In this document: positions 30,001-43,700 of the stretch, piece by piece
How the letters are laid out: each line of letters begins with the position of its first letter
How positions within the stretch are numbered: the first letter of the stretch is position 1
Source of the DNA: Nemertoderma westbladi
Lineage: Eukaryota; Animalia; Xenacoelomorpha
Assembly (NCBI GenBank): GCA_032718475.1
Contig: JAUCBJ010000276.1
Coordinates: forward strand, 39,485 to 103,484
Reading direction: 5' to 3'
DNA length: 64,000 nt
Made by a program: the position numbers and the translations under genes
The notes under the pieces: model-generated
The model's database searches: none
What the model saw: the letters and a program-made list of their open reading frames with translations, nothing else
What the model was told of the DNA's origin: nothing

Positions 30001-32948
30001 AGGTTCTTTAAAGATAATAGCCAGTCTAAGCAAACAGAGACAATATTATTGTGGTACCAGAGGTTCTTTAAAAATAATAGCCAGTCTAAGCAAACAGAGA
30101 CAATTTTATTGTGATACCAGATGTTCTTTGTAGATAATAGCCAATCTAAGCAAACACAGACAATATTATTGTGGTAACAGACGATCTTTGTAAATAATAG
30201 CCAGTCTAAGCAAACAGAAACAATATTATTGTGGTACCAGAGGTTCTTTAAAGATAATAGCCAGTCTAAGCAAACAGAGACAATATTATTGTGGTACCAG
30301 AGGTTCTTTAAAGATAATAGCCAGTCTAAGCAAACAGAGACAATATTATTGTGGTACCAGAGGTTCTTTAAAGATAATAGCCAGTCTAAGCAAACACAGA
30401 CAATATTATTGTGGTACCAGACGATCTTTGTAAATAATACCCAGTCTAAGCAAACAGAGACATATTATTGTGGTACCAGATGTTCTTTGTAGATAATAGA
30501 CAGTCTAAGCAAACAGAGACAATATTATTGTGGTACCAGATGTTGTTTGTAGATAATAGCCCGTCTAAGCAAAGAGAGACAATATTATTGTGGTACCAGA
30601 TGTTCTTTGTAGATAATAGCCAATCTAAGCAAACAGAGATAATATTATTGTGGTACCAGATGTTCTTTGTAGATAATAGCCAGTCTAAGCAAACAGAGAT
30701 AATATTATTGTGGTACCAGATGTTCTTTGTAGATAATAGCCAGTGTAAGCAAACAGAGACAATATTATTGTGGTACCAGATGTTCTTTGTAGATAATAGA
30801 CAGTCTAAGAAAGCAGAGACAATATTATTGTGGTACCAGATGTTCTTTGTAGATAATAGCCAGTCTAAGCAAACAGAGAAAATATTATTGTGGTACCAGA
30901 TGTTCTTTGTAGATAATAGCCAATCTAAGCAAACAGAGATAATATTATTGTGGTACCAGATGTTCTTTGTAGATAATAGCCAGTCTAAGCAAACAGAGAC
31001 AATATTATTGTGGTACCAGATGTTCTTTGTAGATAATAGACAGTCTAAGCAAACAGAGACAATATTATTGTGGAACCAGAGGTTCTTTGTAGATAATAAC
31101 CAGTCTAAGCAATTAGAGACAATATTATTGTGGTACCAGATGTTCTTTGTAGATAATAGCCATTCTAAGCAAACACAGACGATATTATTGTGGTACCAGA
31201 TGTTCTTTGTAGATAATAGCCATTCTAAGCAAACACAGACGATATTATTGTGGTACCAGACGTTCTTTGTAAATAATAGCCAGTCTAAGCAAACAGAGAC
31301 AATATGATTGTGGTACCAGAGGTTCTTTAAAGATAATAGCCAGTCTAAGCAAACAGAGACAATATTATTGTGGTACCAGAGGTTCTTTAAAGATAATAGC
31401 CAGTCTAAGCAAACAGAGACAATATTATTGTGGTACCAGATGTTCTTTGTAGATAATAGCCAATCTAAGCAAACAGAGATAATATTATTGTGGTGCCAGA
31501 TGTTCTTTGTAGATAATAGCCAGTCTAAGCAAACAGAGACAATATTATTGTGGTACCAGAGGTTCTTTAAAGATAATAGCCAGTCTAACCGAACAGAGAC
31601 AATATTATTGTGGTACCAGAGGTTCATTGTAGATACTAGCCAGTCTTAGCAAACAGAGACAATATTATTGTGATACTAAAGGTTCTTTAAAGATAATAGC
31701 CAGTCTAAGCAAACAGAGACATTATTATTGTGGTACCAGAGGTTCTTTAAAGATAATAGCCAGTCTAAGCAAACAGAGACAATATTATTGTTATACCAGA
31801 GGTTCTTTGTAGATAATAGCCAGTCTAAGCAAACAGAGACAATATTATTGTGGTACCAGAGGTTCTTTAAAGATAATAGCCAGTCTAACCAAACAGAGAC
31901 AATATTATTGTGGTACCAGAGGTTCATTGTAGATACTAGCCAGTCTTAGCAAACAGAGACAATATTATTGTGATACTAAAGGTTCTTTAAAGATAATAGC
32001 CAGTCTAAGCAAACAGAGACAATATTATTGTGATACTAAAGGTTCTTTAAAGATAATAGCCAGTCTAAGCAAACAGAGACATTATTATTGTGGTACCAGA
32101 GGTTCTTTAAAGATAATAGCCAGTCTAAGCAAACAGAGACAATATTATTGTGGTACCAGAGGTTCTTTAAAGATAATAGCCAGTCTAACCAAACAGAGAC
32201 AATATTATTGTGGTACCAGAGGTTCATTGTAGATACTAGCCAGTCTTAGCAAACAGAGACAATATTATTGTGATACTAAAGGTTCTTTAAAGATAATAGC
32301 CAGTCTAAGCAAACAGAGACATTATTATTGTTATACCAGAGGTTCTTTGTAGATAATAGCCAGTCTAAGCAAACAGAGACAATATTATTGTGGTACCAGA
32401 GGTTCTTTAAAGATAATAGCCAGTCTAACCAAACAGAGACAATATTATTGTGGTACCAGAGGTTCATTGTAGATACTAGCCAGTCTTAGCAAACAGAGAC
32501 AATATTATTGTGATACTAAAGGTTCTTTAAAGATAATAGCCAGTCTAAGCAAACAGAGACATTATTATTGTGGTACCAGAGGTTCTTTGTAGATACTAGC
32601 CAGTCTTAGCAAACAGAGACAATATTATTGTGATACTAAAGGTTCTTTAAAGATAATAGCCAGTCTAAGCAAACAGAGACATTATTATTGTGGTACCAGA
32701 GGTTCTTTGTAGATAATAGCCAATCTAAGCAAACAGAGACAATATTATTGTGGTACCAGAGTTTCTTTGTAGATAATAGCCAGTCTAAGCAAACAGAGAC
32801 AATATTATTGTGGTACCAAAGGTTCTTTAAAGATAATAGCCAGTCTAAGCAAACAGAGACATTATTATTGTGGTACCAGAGGTTCTTTGTAGATAATAGC
32901 CAATCTAAGCAAACAGAGACAATATTATTGTGGTACCAGATGTTCTTT

Positions 32949-34322
32949 CCTAATTCCCTTAAAATAGCCAAAGTTATTCCCTCATATAAAACCGAAAACC
33001 CTGCAGATCCTAATAATTACCGACCCATTTCTTTACTTCCCATACTCTCAAAATTATATGAACAAATTATTAACTCACAATTATTGTCTTTTTTCTCACA
33101 ATACTGCATTTTATCTGATTCGCAATTTGGTTTCCGGTCAAAAACATCCACTTCACACGCACTCCTAACAGTAACAGAAAAAATTCATCAGGCATTAGAT
33201 ATTAAAAACACTACTTGCACAATATATATTGACCTAAAAAAGGCGTTTGACACCATCAACCATAAAATCTTATTATCGAAGCTTGAGAGCTATGGCGTAC
33301 GCGGAACTCCGCTACAACTAATCTCCAGCTTCCTATCAAATCGATTTCAGTTCGTCTCTGTAGATTCTAATTACTCCTCTCTTCTACCCTTATTATGTGG
33401 TCTACCACAAGGTGGCACTCTGTCACCATTTCTCTTTCTAATCTACATAAACGACTTACCTAACGCTACAACTCTACTAACTACCTTGTTTGCTGATGAC
33501 ACTACTCTCAGCCAATCAGCTCCAGACATAACCAACTTAGCCAACATCACTAACTCAGAATTATCGAAAGTAGCTGATTGGCTGATTGATAATCGTCTAT
33601 CACTAAACCTAAAAAAAACTGAAATGACTATATTCTCTAACACCTTAAACAATCTTTCTGATTTTCCTTCGATACTAATTAGCAACCAAATAATTAAAAT
33701 CACAAATAGTTATAAATTCCTAGGCATATACGTCGATAGTAAGCTCAGCTGGAAACCTCACATTAACTATGTAATAAAGAAAGTCTCTAAATCTGCTGGT
33801 ATTTTCTATAAGCTACGCTATATCTTCCCACTTCATATACTTCGCCAGCTTTACTTCACACTAATTCACCCCTATCTAACCTATGGTAGTATTCTATGGG
33901 GCAGTGCTCAAAGTACCCTCATCAATCCACTCTGCATAAAATTCAATAAAATAGTCCGTTGTATAACCTTTAATCCCTATAGATCCTCTGCTGCTCCAAT
34001 CTACAAATCATTAAATATTCTTCCTCTAGACAGTCTATATAAACTGCAAGTAGGGCGTTTTATGTACGAAGTGAATTCTAATTGATCTCCTGCCCCCATT
34101 CTAGAATTATTCACAAAATCTGCTTCTATTCATAGCTATTCTACCCGATCGGCAGCCCGAGGTGACTACTATATCCAAACTGTAAGGCTCTCTTCATCTC
34201 AACGCTCTTTGAGCTTCCAGGGCCCTCAAATTTGGAATATCATTCCTTCGGACATTAGGTCTTCAAAAACAAAAACAATCGTTTCTAAAAAATTAAAACA
34301 ATATCTGTTAGCCTCTATCTGA
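32949..34322 (+). pseudogene. Truncated LINE reverse-transcriptase ORF with one premature stop
   Basis: The frame continues past TGA at 34083-34085 with the typical C-terminus (HSYSTR...GPQIWNIIPSDIR...KKLKQYL) to TGA at 34320-34322. The endonuclease domain is missing. The N-terminus of track ORF 32688-34085 is satellite read-through. Confidence 0.88.
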
Positions 34323-34795
34323 TTAACTCTATTTTATTTTTATTTGTTTTTTATTGAATTTTTTTTCCCTTATGAAATGCAATTATAATCCACAAAATTT
34401 TAAAATTTATCAATTTTATATGTGTTAGTTTGCCTGCGTTGGTGCATGGACCTGACCCGTCGTGTGTTATCGATTGCTTGTGTGATGAGAATAAAAAATG
34501 TCAGCAAGTTCTAAATTGGTAAAATTCTGAATCTAGTATAAACTGAACCCTCACTCTCCTCTCCCCCCCCCCCCCCCCCCCCCAAGTTACTCTCCCCCAT
34601 GTCCACAACACCCCCACACTCCACTATTTCCAGCATCTGGATACTAGCACTACTAGCTATGCTATTGCTATAGTATCCAGTGCAATGTTTTTTTCAATGT
34701 TAGTATGTTAGTTATATCATTTACTTTATGTATGTGCATTGTACATATTTTATGGAAGTAATGGAAAGGAAATTAAAAATAAATTGAAATTGAAA
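32949..34795 (+). mobile_element. 5'-truncated non-LTR retrotransposon, CR1/L2 group (Crack/Daphne-like)
   Basis: RT motifs KIAKVIP..K, NYRPISLLP, QFGFR, IDLKKAFDTI, GLPQGGTLSPFLF.IYIND, FADDT and YKFLG are present. The 3'UTR has a hairpin CTGGATACTA...TAGTATCCAG (34637-34680) and an AATAAA plus (TTGAAA)2 tail. TCTTT lies on both sides (32944-32948, 34796-34800) as a short TSD or microhomology. Confidence 0.93.
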
Positions 34796-37700
34796 TCTTT
34801 AAAGATAATAGCCAGTCTAAGCAAACAGAGACAATATTATTGTGGTACCAGAGGTTCTCTGTAGATAATAGACAGTCTAAGCAAACAGAGACAATATTAT
34901 TGTGGAACCAGAGGTTCTTTGTAGATAATAGCCGGTCTAAGCAAACAGAGACAATATTATTGTGGTACCAGATGTTCTTTGTAGATAATAGCCAGTCTAA
35001 GCAAACAGAGACAATATTATTGTGGTACCAGAGGTTCTTTGTAGATAATAGCCAGTCTAAGCAAACAGAGACAATATTATTGTGGTACTAGAGGTTCTCT
35101 GTAGATATTAGCCAGTCTAAGCAAACAGAGATAATATTATTGTGGTACCAGAGGTTCTTTGTAGATAATAGCCAGTCTAAGCAAACATAGACAATATTAT
35201 TGTGGTGCCAGATGTTCTTTGTAGATAATAGCCAGTCTAAGCAAACAGAGACAATATTATTGTGGTACCAGATGTTCTTTGTAGATAATAGCCATTCTAA
35301 GCAAACAGAGTCAATATTATTGTGGTACCAGATGTTATTTGTAGATAATAGCCAGTCTAAGCAAACATAGACAATATTATTGTGGTACCAGAGGTTCTTT
35401 GTAGATAATAGCCGGTCTAAGCAAACAGAGACAATATTATTGTGGTACCAGATGTTCTTTGTAGATAATAGCCAGTCTAAGCAAACAGAGACAATATTAT
35501 TGTGGTACCAGAGGTTCTTTGTAGATAATAGCCGGTCTAAGCAAACAGAGACAATATTATTGTGGTACCAGAGGTTCTTTGTAGATAATAGCCGGTCTAA
35601 GCAAACAGAGACAATATTATTGTGGTACCAGATGTTCTTTGTAGATAATAGCCAGTCTAAGCAAACAGAGACAATATTATTGTGGTACCAGATGTTCTTT
35701 GTAGATAATAGCCAGTCTAAGCAAACAGAGACATTATTATTGTGGTACCAAAGGTTCTTTGTAGAAAATAAACAGTCTAAGCAAACAGAGACAATATTAT
35801 TGTGGTACTAAAGGTTCTTTGTAGATAATAGCCAGTCTAAGCAAACAGAGATAATATTATTGTGGTACCAGAGGTTCTTTGTAGATAATAGCCAGTCTAA
35901 GCAAACATAGACAATATTATTGTGGTGCCAGATGTTCTTTGTAGATAATAGCCAGTCTAAGCAAACAGAGACAATATTATTGTGGTACCAGATGTTCTTT
36001 GTAGATAATAGCCATTCTAAGCAAACAGAGTCAATATTATTGTGGTACCAGATGTTATTTGTAGATAATAGCCAGTCTAAGCAAACATAGACAATATTAT
36101 TGTGGTACCAGAGGTTCTTTGTAGATAATAGCCGGTCTAAGCAAACAGAGACAATATTATTGTGGTACCAGATGTTCTTTGTAGATAATAGCCAGTCTAA
36201 GCAAACAGAGACAATATTATTGTGGTACCAGAGGTTCTTTGTAGATAATAGCCGGTCTAAGCAAACAGAGACAATATTATTGTGGTACCAGAGGTTCTTT
36301 GTAGATAATAGCCGGTCTAAGCAAACAGAGACAATATTATTGTGGTACCAGATGTTCTTTGTAGATAATAGCCAGTCTAAGCAAACAGAGACAATATTAT
36401 TGTGGTACCAGATGTTCTTTGTAGATAATAGCCAGTCTAAGCAAACAGAGACAATATTATTGTGGTACTAGAGGTTCTTTGTAGATAATAGCCAGTCTAA
36501 GCAAACAGAGACAATATTATTGTGGTACCAGAGGTTCATTGTAGATACTAGCCAGTCTAAGCAAACAGAGACAATATTATTGTGGTACCAGATGTTCTTT
36601 GTAGATAATAGCCAGTCTAAGCAAACAGAGACAATATTATTGTGGTACCAAAGGTTCTTTAAAGATAATAGCCAGTCTAAGCAAACAGAGACATTATTAT
36701 TGTGGTACCAAAGGTTCTTTGTAGATAATAGCCAGTCTAAGCAAACAGAGACAATATTATTCTTTTACTAAAGGTTCTTTAAAGATAATAGCCAGTTTAA
36801 GCAAACAGAGACATTATTATTGAGTTACCGAAGGTTCTTTGTAGATAATAGCCAGTCTAAGCAAACAGAGGCAATATTATTGTGGTACTAAAGGTTCTTT
36901 GTAGATAATAGCCAGTCTAAGCAAACATAGACAATATTATTGTGGTACCAGATGTTCTTTGTAGATAATAGCCAGTCTAAGCAAACATAGACAATATTAT
37001 TGTTGTATCAGAGGTCCTTTGTAGATAATAGCCGGTCTAAGCAAACAGAGGCAATATTATTGTGGTACCACAGGTTCTTTGTAGATACTAGCCAGTCTAA
37101 GCAAACAGAGACAATATTATTGTGGTACCAGAGGTTCTTTGTAGATAATAGCCAGTCTAAGCAAACAGAGACAATATTATTGTGGTACCAGAGGTTCTCT
37201 GTAGATAATAGCCAGTCTAAGCAAACAGAGACAATATTATTGTGGTACCAGGTGTTCTTTGTAGATAATAGCCAGTCTAAGCAAACAGAGACAATATTAT
37301 TGTGGTACCAGAGGTTCTTTGTAGATAATAGCCAGTCTAAGCAAACAGAGACAATATTATTGTGGTACCAGAGGTTCTTTGTAGATAATAGCCAGTCTAA
37401 GCAAACAGAGACAATATTATTGTGGTACCAGAGGTTCTTTGTAGATAATAGCCAGTCTAAGCAAACAGAGACAATATTATTGTGGTACCAGGTGTTCTTT
37501 GTAGATAATAGCCAGTCTAAGCAAACAGAGACAATATTATTGTGGTACCAGAGGTTCTTTGTAGATAATAGCCAGTCTAAGCAAACAGAGACAATATTAT
37601 TGTGGTACCAGGTGTTCTTTGTAGATAATAGCCAGTCTAAGCAAACAGAGACAATATTATTGTGGTACCAGAGGTTCTTTGTAGATAATAGCCAATCTAA

Positions 37701-40700
37701 GCAAACAGAGACAATATTATTGTGGTACCAGGTGTTCTTTGTAGATAATAGCCAGTCTAAGCAAACAGAGACAATATTATTGTGGTACCAGGTGTTCTTT
37801 GTAGATAATAGCCAGTCTAAGCAAACAGAGACAATGTTATTGTGGTACCAGAGGTTCTTTGTAGATAATAGCCAGTCTAAGCAAACAGAGACAATATTAT
37901 TGTGGTACCAGAGGTTCTTTGTAGATAATAGCCAGTCTAAGCAAACAGAGACAATATTATTGTGGTACCAGAGGTTCTTTGTAGATAATAGCCAATCTAA
38001 GCAAACAGAGACAATATTATTGTGGTACCAGAGGTTCATTGTAGATACTAGCCAGTCTAAGCAAACAGAGACAATATTATTGTGGTACCAGATGTTCTTT
38101 GTAGATAATAGCCAGTCTAAGCAAACAGAGACAATATTATTGTGGTACCAAAGGTTCTTTAAAGATAATAGCCAGTCTAAGCAAACAGAGACATTATTAT
38201 TGTGGTACCAAAGGTTCTTTGTAGATAATAGCCAGTCTAAGCAAACAGAGACAATATTATTCTTTTACTAAAGGTTCTTTAAAGATAATAGCCAGTCTAA
38301 GCAAACAGAGACATTATTATTGAGTTACCGAAGGTTCTTTGTAGATAATAGCCAGTCTAAGCAAACAGAGGCAATATTATTGTGGTACTAAAGGTTCTTT
38401 GTAGATAATAGCCAGTCTAAGCAAACATAGACAATATTATTGTGGTACCAGATGTTCTTTGTAGATAATAGCCAGTCTAAGCAAACATAGACAATATTAT
38501 TGTTGTATCAGAGGTCCTTTGTAGATAATAGCCGGTCTAAGCAAACAGAGACAATATTATTGTGGTACCACAGGTTCTTTGTAGATACTAGCCAGTCTAA
38601 GCAAACAGAGACAATATTATTGTGGTACCAGATGTTCTCTGTAGATAATAGCCAGTCTAAGCAAACAGAGACAATATTATTGTGGTACCAGGTGTTCTTT
38701 GTAGATAATAGCCAGTCTAAGCAAACAGAGACAATATTATTGTGGTACCAGAGGTTCTTTGTAGATAATAGCCAGTCTAAGCAAACAGAGACAATATTAT
38801 TGTGGTACCAGAGGTTCTTTGTAGATAATAGCCAGTCTAAGCAAACAGAGACAATATTATTGTGGTACCAGAGGTTCTTTGTAGATAATAGCCAGTCTAA
38901 GCAAACAGAGACAATATTATTGTGGTACCAGGTGTTCTTTGTAGATAATAGCCAGTCTAAGCAAACAGAGACAATATTATTGTGGTACCAGAGGTTCTTT
39001 GTAGATAATAGCCAGTCTAAGCAAACAGAGACAATATTATTGTGGTACCAGGTGTTCTTTGTAGATAATAGCCAGTCTAAGCAAACAGAGACAATATTAT
39101 TGTGGTACCAGAGGTTCTTTGTAGATAATAGCCAATCTAAGCAAACAGAGACAATATTATTGTGGTACCAGGTGTTCTTTGTAGATAATAGCCAGTCTAA
39201 GCAAACAGAGACAATATTATTGTGGTACCAGGTGTTCTTTGTAGATAATAGCCAGTCTAAGCAAACAGAGACAATGTTATTGTGGTACCAGAGGTTCTTT
39301 GTAGATAATAGCCAGTCTAAGCAAACAGAGACAATATTATTGTGGTACCAGAGGTTCTTTGTAGATAATAGCCAGTCTAAGCAAACAGAGACAATATTAT
39401 TGTGGTACCAGAGGTTCTTTGTAGATAATAGCCAGTCTAAGCAAACAGAGACAATATTATTGTGGTACTAAAGGTTCTTTGTAGATAATAGCCAGTCTAA
39501 GCAAACAGAGACAATATTATTGTGGTACCAGAGGTTCTTTGTAGATAATAGCCAGTCTAAGCAAACAGAGACAATATTATTGTGGTACCAGGTGTTCTTT
39601 GTAGATAATAGCCAGTCTAAGCAAACAGAGACAATATTATTGTGGTACCAGGTGTTCTTTGTAGATAATAGCCAGTCTAAGCAAACAGAGACAATATTAT
39701 TGTGGTACCAGAGGTTCTTTGTAGATAATAGCCAATCTAAGCAAACAGAGACAATATTATTGTGGTACCAGGTGTTCTTTGTAGATAATAGCCAGTCTAA
39801 GCAAACAGAGACAATATTATTGTGGTACCAGGTGTTCTTTGTAGATAATAGCCAGTCTAAGCAAACAGAGACAATGTTATTGTGGTACCAGAGGTTCTTT
39901 GTAGATAATAGCCAGTCTAAGCAAACAGAGACAATATTATTGTGGTACCAGAGGTTCTTTGTAGATAATAGCCAGTCTAAGCAAACAGAGACAATATTAT
40001 TGTGGTACCAGAGGTTCTTTGTAGATAATAGCCAGTCTAAGCAAACAGAGACAATATTATTGTGGTACTAAAGGTTCTTTGTAGATAATAGCCAGTCTAA
40101 GCAAACAGAGACAATATTATTGTGGTACCAGAGGTTCTTTGTAGATAATAGCCAGTCTAAGCAAACAGAGACAATATTATTGTGGTACCAGGTGTTCTTT
40201 GTAGATAATAGCCAGTCTAAGCAAACAGAGACAATATTATTGTGGTACCAGGTGTTCTTTGTAGATAATAGCCAGTCTAAGCAAACAGAGACAATATTAT
40301 TGTGGTACCAGGTGTTCTTTGTAGATAATAGCTAGTCTAAGCAAACAGAGACAATATTATTGTGGTACCAGGTGTTCTTTATAGATAATAGCCAGTCTAA
40401 GCAAACAGAGACAATATTATTGTGGTACCAGAGGTTCTTTGTAGATAATAGCCAGTCTAAGCAAACAGAGACAATATTATTGTGGTACCAGGTGTTCTTT
40501 GTAGATAATAGCCAGTCTAAGCAAACAGAGACAATATTATTGTGGTACCAGGTGTTCTTTGTAGATAATAGCCAGTCTAAGCAAACAGAGACAATATTAT
40601 TGTGGTACCAGGTGTTCTTTGTAGATAATAGCCAGTCTAAGCAAACAGAGACAATATTATTGTGGTACTAAAGGTTCTTTGTAGATAATAGCCAGTCTAA

Positions 40701-43700
40701 GCAAACAGAGACAATATTATTGTGGTACCAGGTGTTCTTTGTAGATAATAGCCAGTCTAAGCAAACAGAGACAATATTATTGTGGTACCAGAGGTTCTTT
40801 GTAGATAATAGCCAATCTAAGCAAACAGAGACAATATTATTGTGGTACCAGGTGTTCTTTATAGATAATAGCCAGTCTAAGCAAACAGAGACAATATTAT
40901 TGTGGTACCCGAGGTTCTTTGTAGATAATAGCCAGTCTAAGCAAACAGAGACAATATTATTGTGGTACCAGAGGTTCTTTGTAGATAATAGCCAGTCTAA
41001 GCAAACAGAGACAATATTATTGAGGTACCAGGTGTTCTTTGTAGATAATAGCCAGTCTAAGCAAACAGAGACAATATTATTGTGGTACCAGAGGTTCTTT
41101 GTAGATAATAGCCAATCTAAGCAAACAGAGACAATATTATTGTGGTACCAGGTGTTCTTTGTAGATAATAGCCAGTCTAAGCAAACAGAGACAATATTAT
41201 TGTGGTACCAGGTGTTCTTTGTAGATAATAGCCAGTCTAAGCAAACAGAGACAATAGTATTGTGGTACAAGAGGTTCTTTGTAGATAATAGCCATTCTAA
41301 GCAAACAGAGACAATATTATTGTGGTACCAGGTGTTCTTTGTAGATAATAGCCAGTCTAAGCAAACAGAGACAATATTATTGTGGTACCAGAGGTTCTTT
41401 GTAGATAATAGCCAGTCTAAGCAAACAGAGACAATATTATTGTGGTACCAAAGGTTCTTTAAAGATAATAGCCAGTCTAAGCAAACAGAGACATTATTAT
41501 TGTGGTACCAAAGGTTCTTTGTAGATAATAGCCAGTCTAAGCAAACAGAGACAATATTATTGTGGTACCAGAGGTTCTTTGTAGATAATAGCCAATCTAA
41601 GCAAACAGAGACAATATTATTGTGGTACCAGGTGTTCTTTGTAGATAATAGCCAGTCTAAGCAAACAATTATTGTGGTACCAAAGGTTCTTTGTAGATAA
41701 TAGCCAGTCTAAGCAAACAGAGACAATATTATTGTGGTACCAGAGGTTCTTTGTAGATAATAGCCAATCTAAGCAAACAGAGACAATATTATTGTGGTAC
41801 CAGGTGTTCTTTGTAGATAATAGCCAGTCTAAGCAAACAGAGACAATATTATTGTGGTACCAGAGGTTCTTTGTAGATAATAGCCAATCTAAGCAAACAG
41901 AGACAATATTATTGTGGTACCAGAGGTTCTTTGTAGATAATAGCCAGTCTAAGCAAACAGAGACAATATTATTGTTATACCAGAGTTTCTTTGTAGATAA
42001 TAGCCAGTCTAAGCAAACAGAGACAATATTATTGTGGTACCAAAGGTTCTTTAAAGATAATAGCCAGTCTAAGCAAACAGAGACATTATTATTGTGGTAC
42101 CAGAGGTTCTTTGTAGATAATAGCCAGTCTAAGCAAACAGAGACAATATTATTGTGGTACCAGATGTTCTTTGTAGATAATAGCCAGTCTAAGCAAACAG
42201 AGACAATATTATTGTGGTACCAGATGTTCTTTGTAGATAATAGCCAGTCTAAGCAAACAGAGACAATATTATTGTGGTACCAGATGTTATTTGTAGATAA
42301 TAGCCAGTCTAAGCAAACAGAGACAATATTATTGTGGTACCAGATGTTCTTTGTAGATAATAGCCAGTCTAAGCAAACAGAGACAATATTATTGTTATAC
42401 CAGAGGTTCTTTGTAGATAATAGCCAGTCTAAGCAAACAGAGACAATATTATTGTGGTACCAGATGTTCTTTGTAGATAATAGCCAGTCTAAGCAAACAG
42501 AGACAATATTATTGTGGTACCAGAGGTTCTTTGTAGATAATAGCCAGTCTAAGCAAACAGAGACAATATTATTGTGGTACCAGAGGTTCATTGTAGATAC
42601 TAGCCAGTCTAAGCAAACAGAGACAATATTATTGTGGTACCAAAGGTTCTTTAAAGATAATAGCCAGTCTAAGCAAACAGAGACATTATTATTGTGGTAC
42701 CAAAGGTTCTTTGTAGATAATAGCCAGTCTAAGCAAACAGAGACAATATTATTGTGGTATTAAAGGTTCTTTAAAGATAATAGCCAGTCTAAGCAAACAG
42801 AGACATTATTATTGTGGTACCAAAGGTTCTTTGTAGATAATAGCCAGTCTAAGCAAACAGAGACAATATTATTGTGGTACTAAAGGTTCTTTGTAGATAA
42901 TAGCCAGTCTAAGCAAACATAGACAATATTATTGTGGTACCAGATGTTCTTTGTAGATAATAGCCAGTCTAAGCAAACATAGACAATATTATTGTTGTAT
43001 CAGAGGTCCTTTGTAGATAATAGCCGGTCTAAGAAAAAGGAGAAATATAATTATTGTGGTACCAGAGGTTCTTTGTAGATAATAGCCAGTCTAAGCAAAC
43101 AGAGACAATATTATTGTGGTACCAGGTGTTCTTTGTAGATAATAGCCAGTCTAAGCAAACAGAGACAATATTATTGTGGTACCAGAGGTTCTTTGTAGAT
43201 AATAGCCAGTCTAAGCAAACATAGACAATATTATTGTGGTACCAGATGTTCTTTGTAGATAATAGCCAGTCTAAGCAAACAGAGACAATATTATTGTGGT
43301 ACCAGAGGTTCTTTGTAGATAATAGCCGGTCTAAGCAAACAGAGAAAATATTATTGTGGTACCAGAGGTTCTTTGTAGATAATAGCAGTCTAAGCAAACA
43401 GAGACAATATTATTGTGGTACCAGAGGTTCTTTGCAAATAATAGCAGTCTAAGCAAACAGAGACAATATTATTGTGGTACCAGAGGTTCTTTGTAGATAA
43501 TAGCCAGTCTAAGCAAACAGAGACAATATTATTGTGGTACCAGAGGTTCTTTGTAGATACTAGCCAGTCTAAGCAAACAGAGACAATATTATTGTGGTAC
43601 CAGAGGTTCTTTGTAGATAATAGCCAGTCTAAGCAAACAGAGACAATATTATTGTGGTACCAGAGGTTCTTTGTAGATAATAGCCAATCTAAGCAAACAG

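Noticed and set aside
34563-34583. Poly-C run as a regulatory G-quadruplex element
   Set aside because: It is a homopolymer inside a LINE 3'UTR with uncertain length and no further support.
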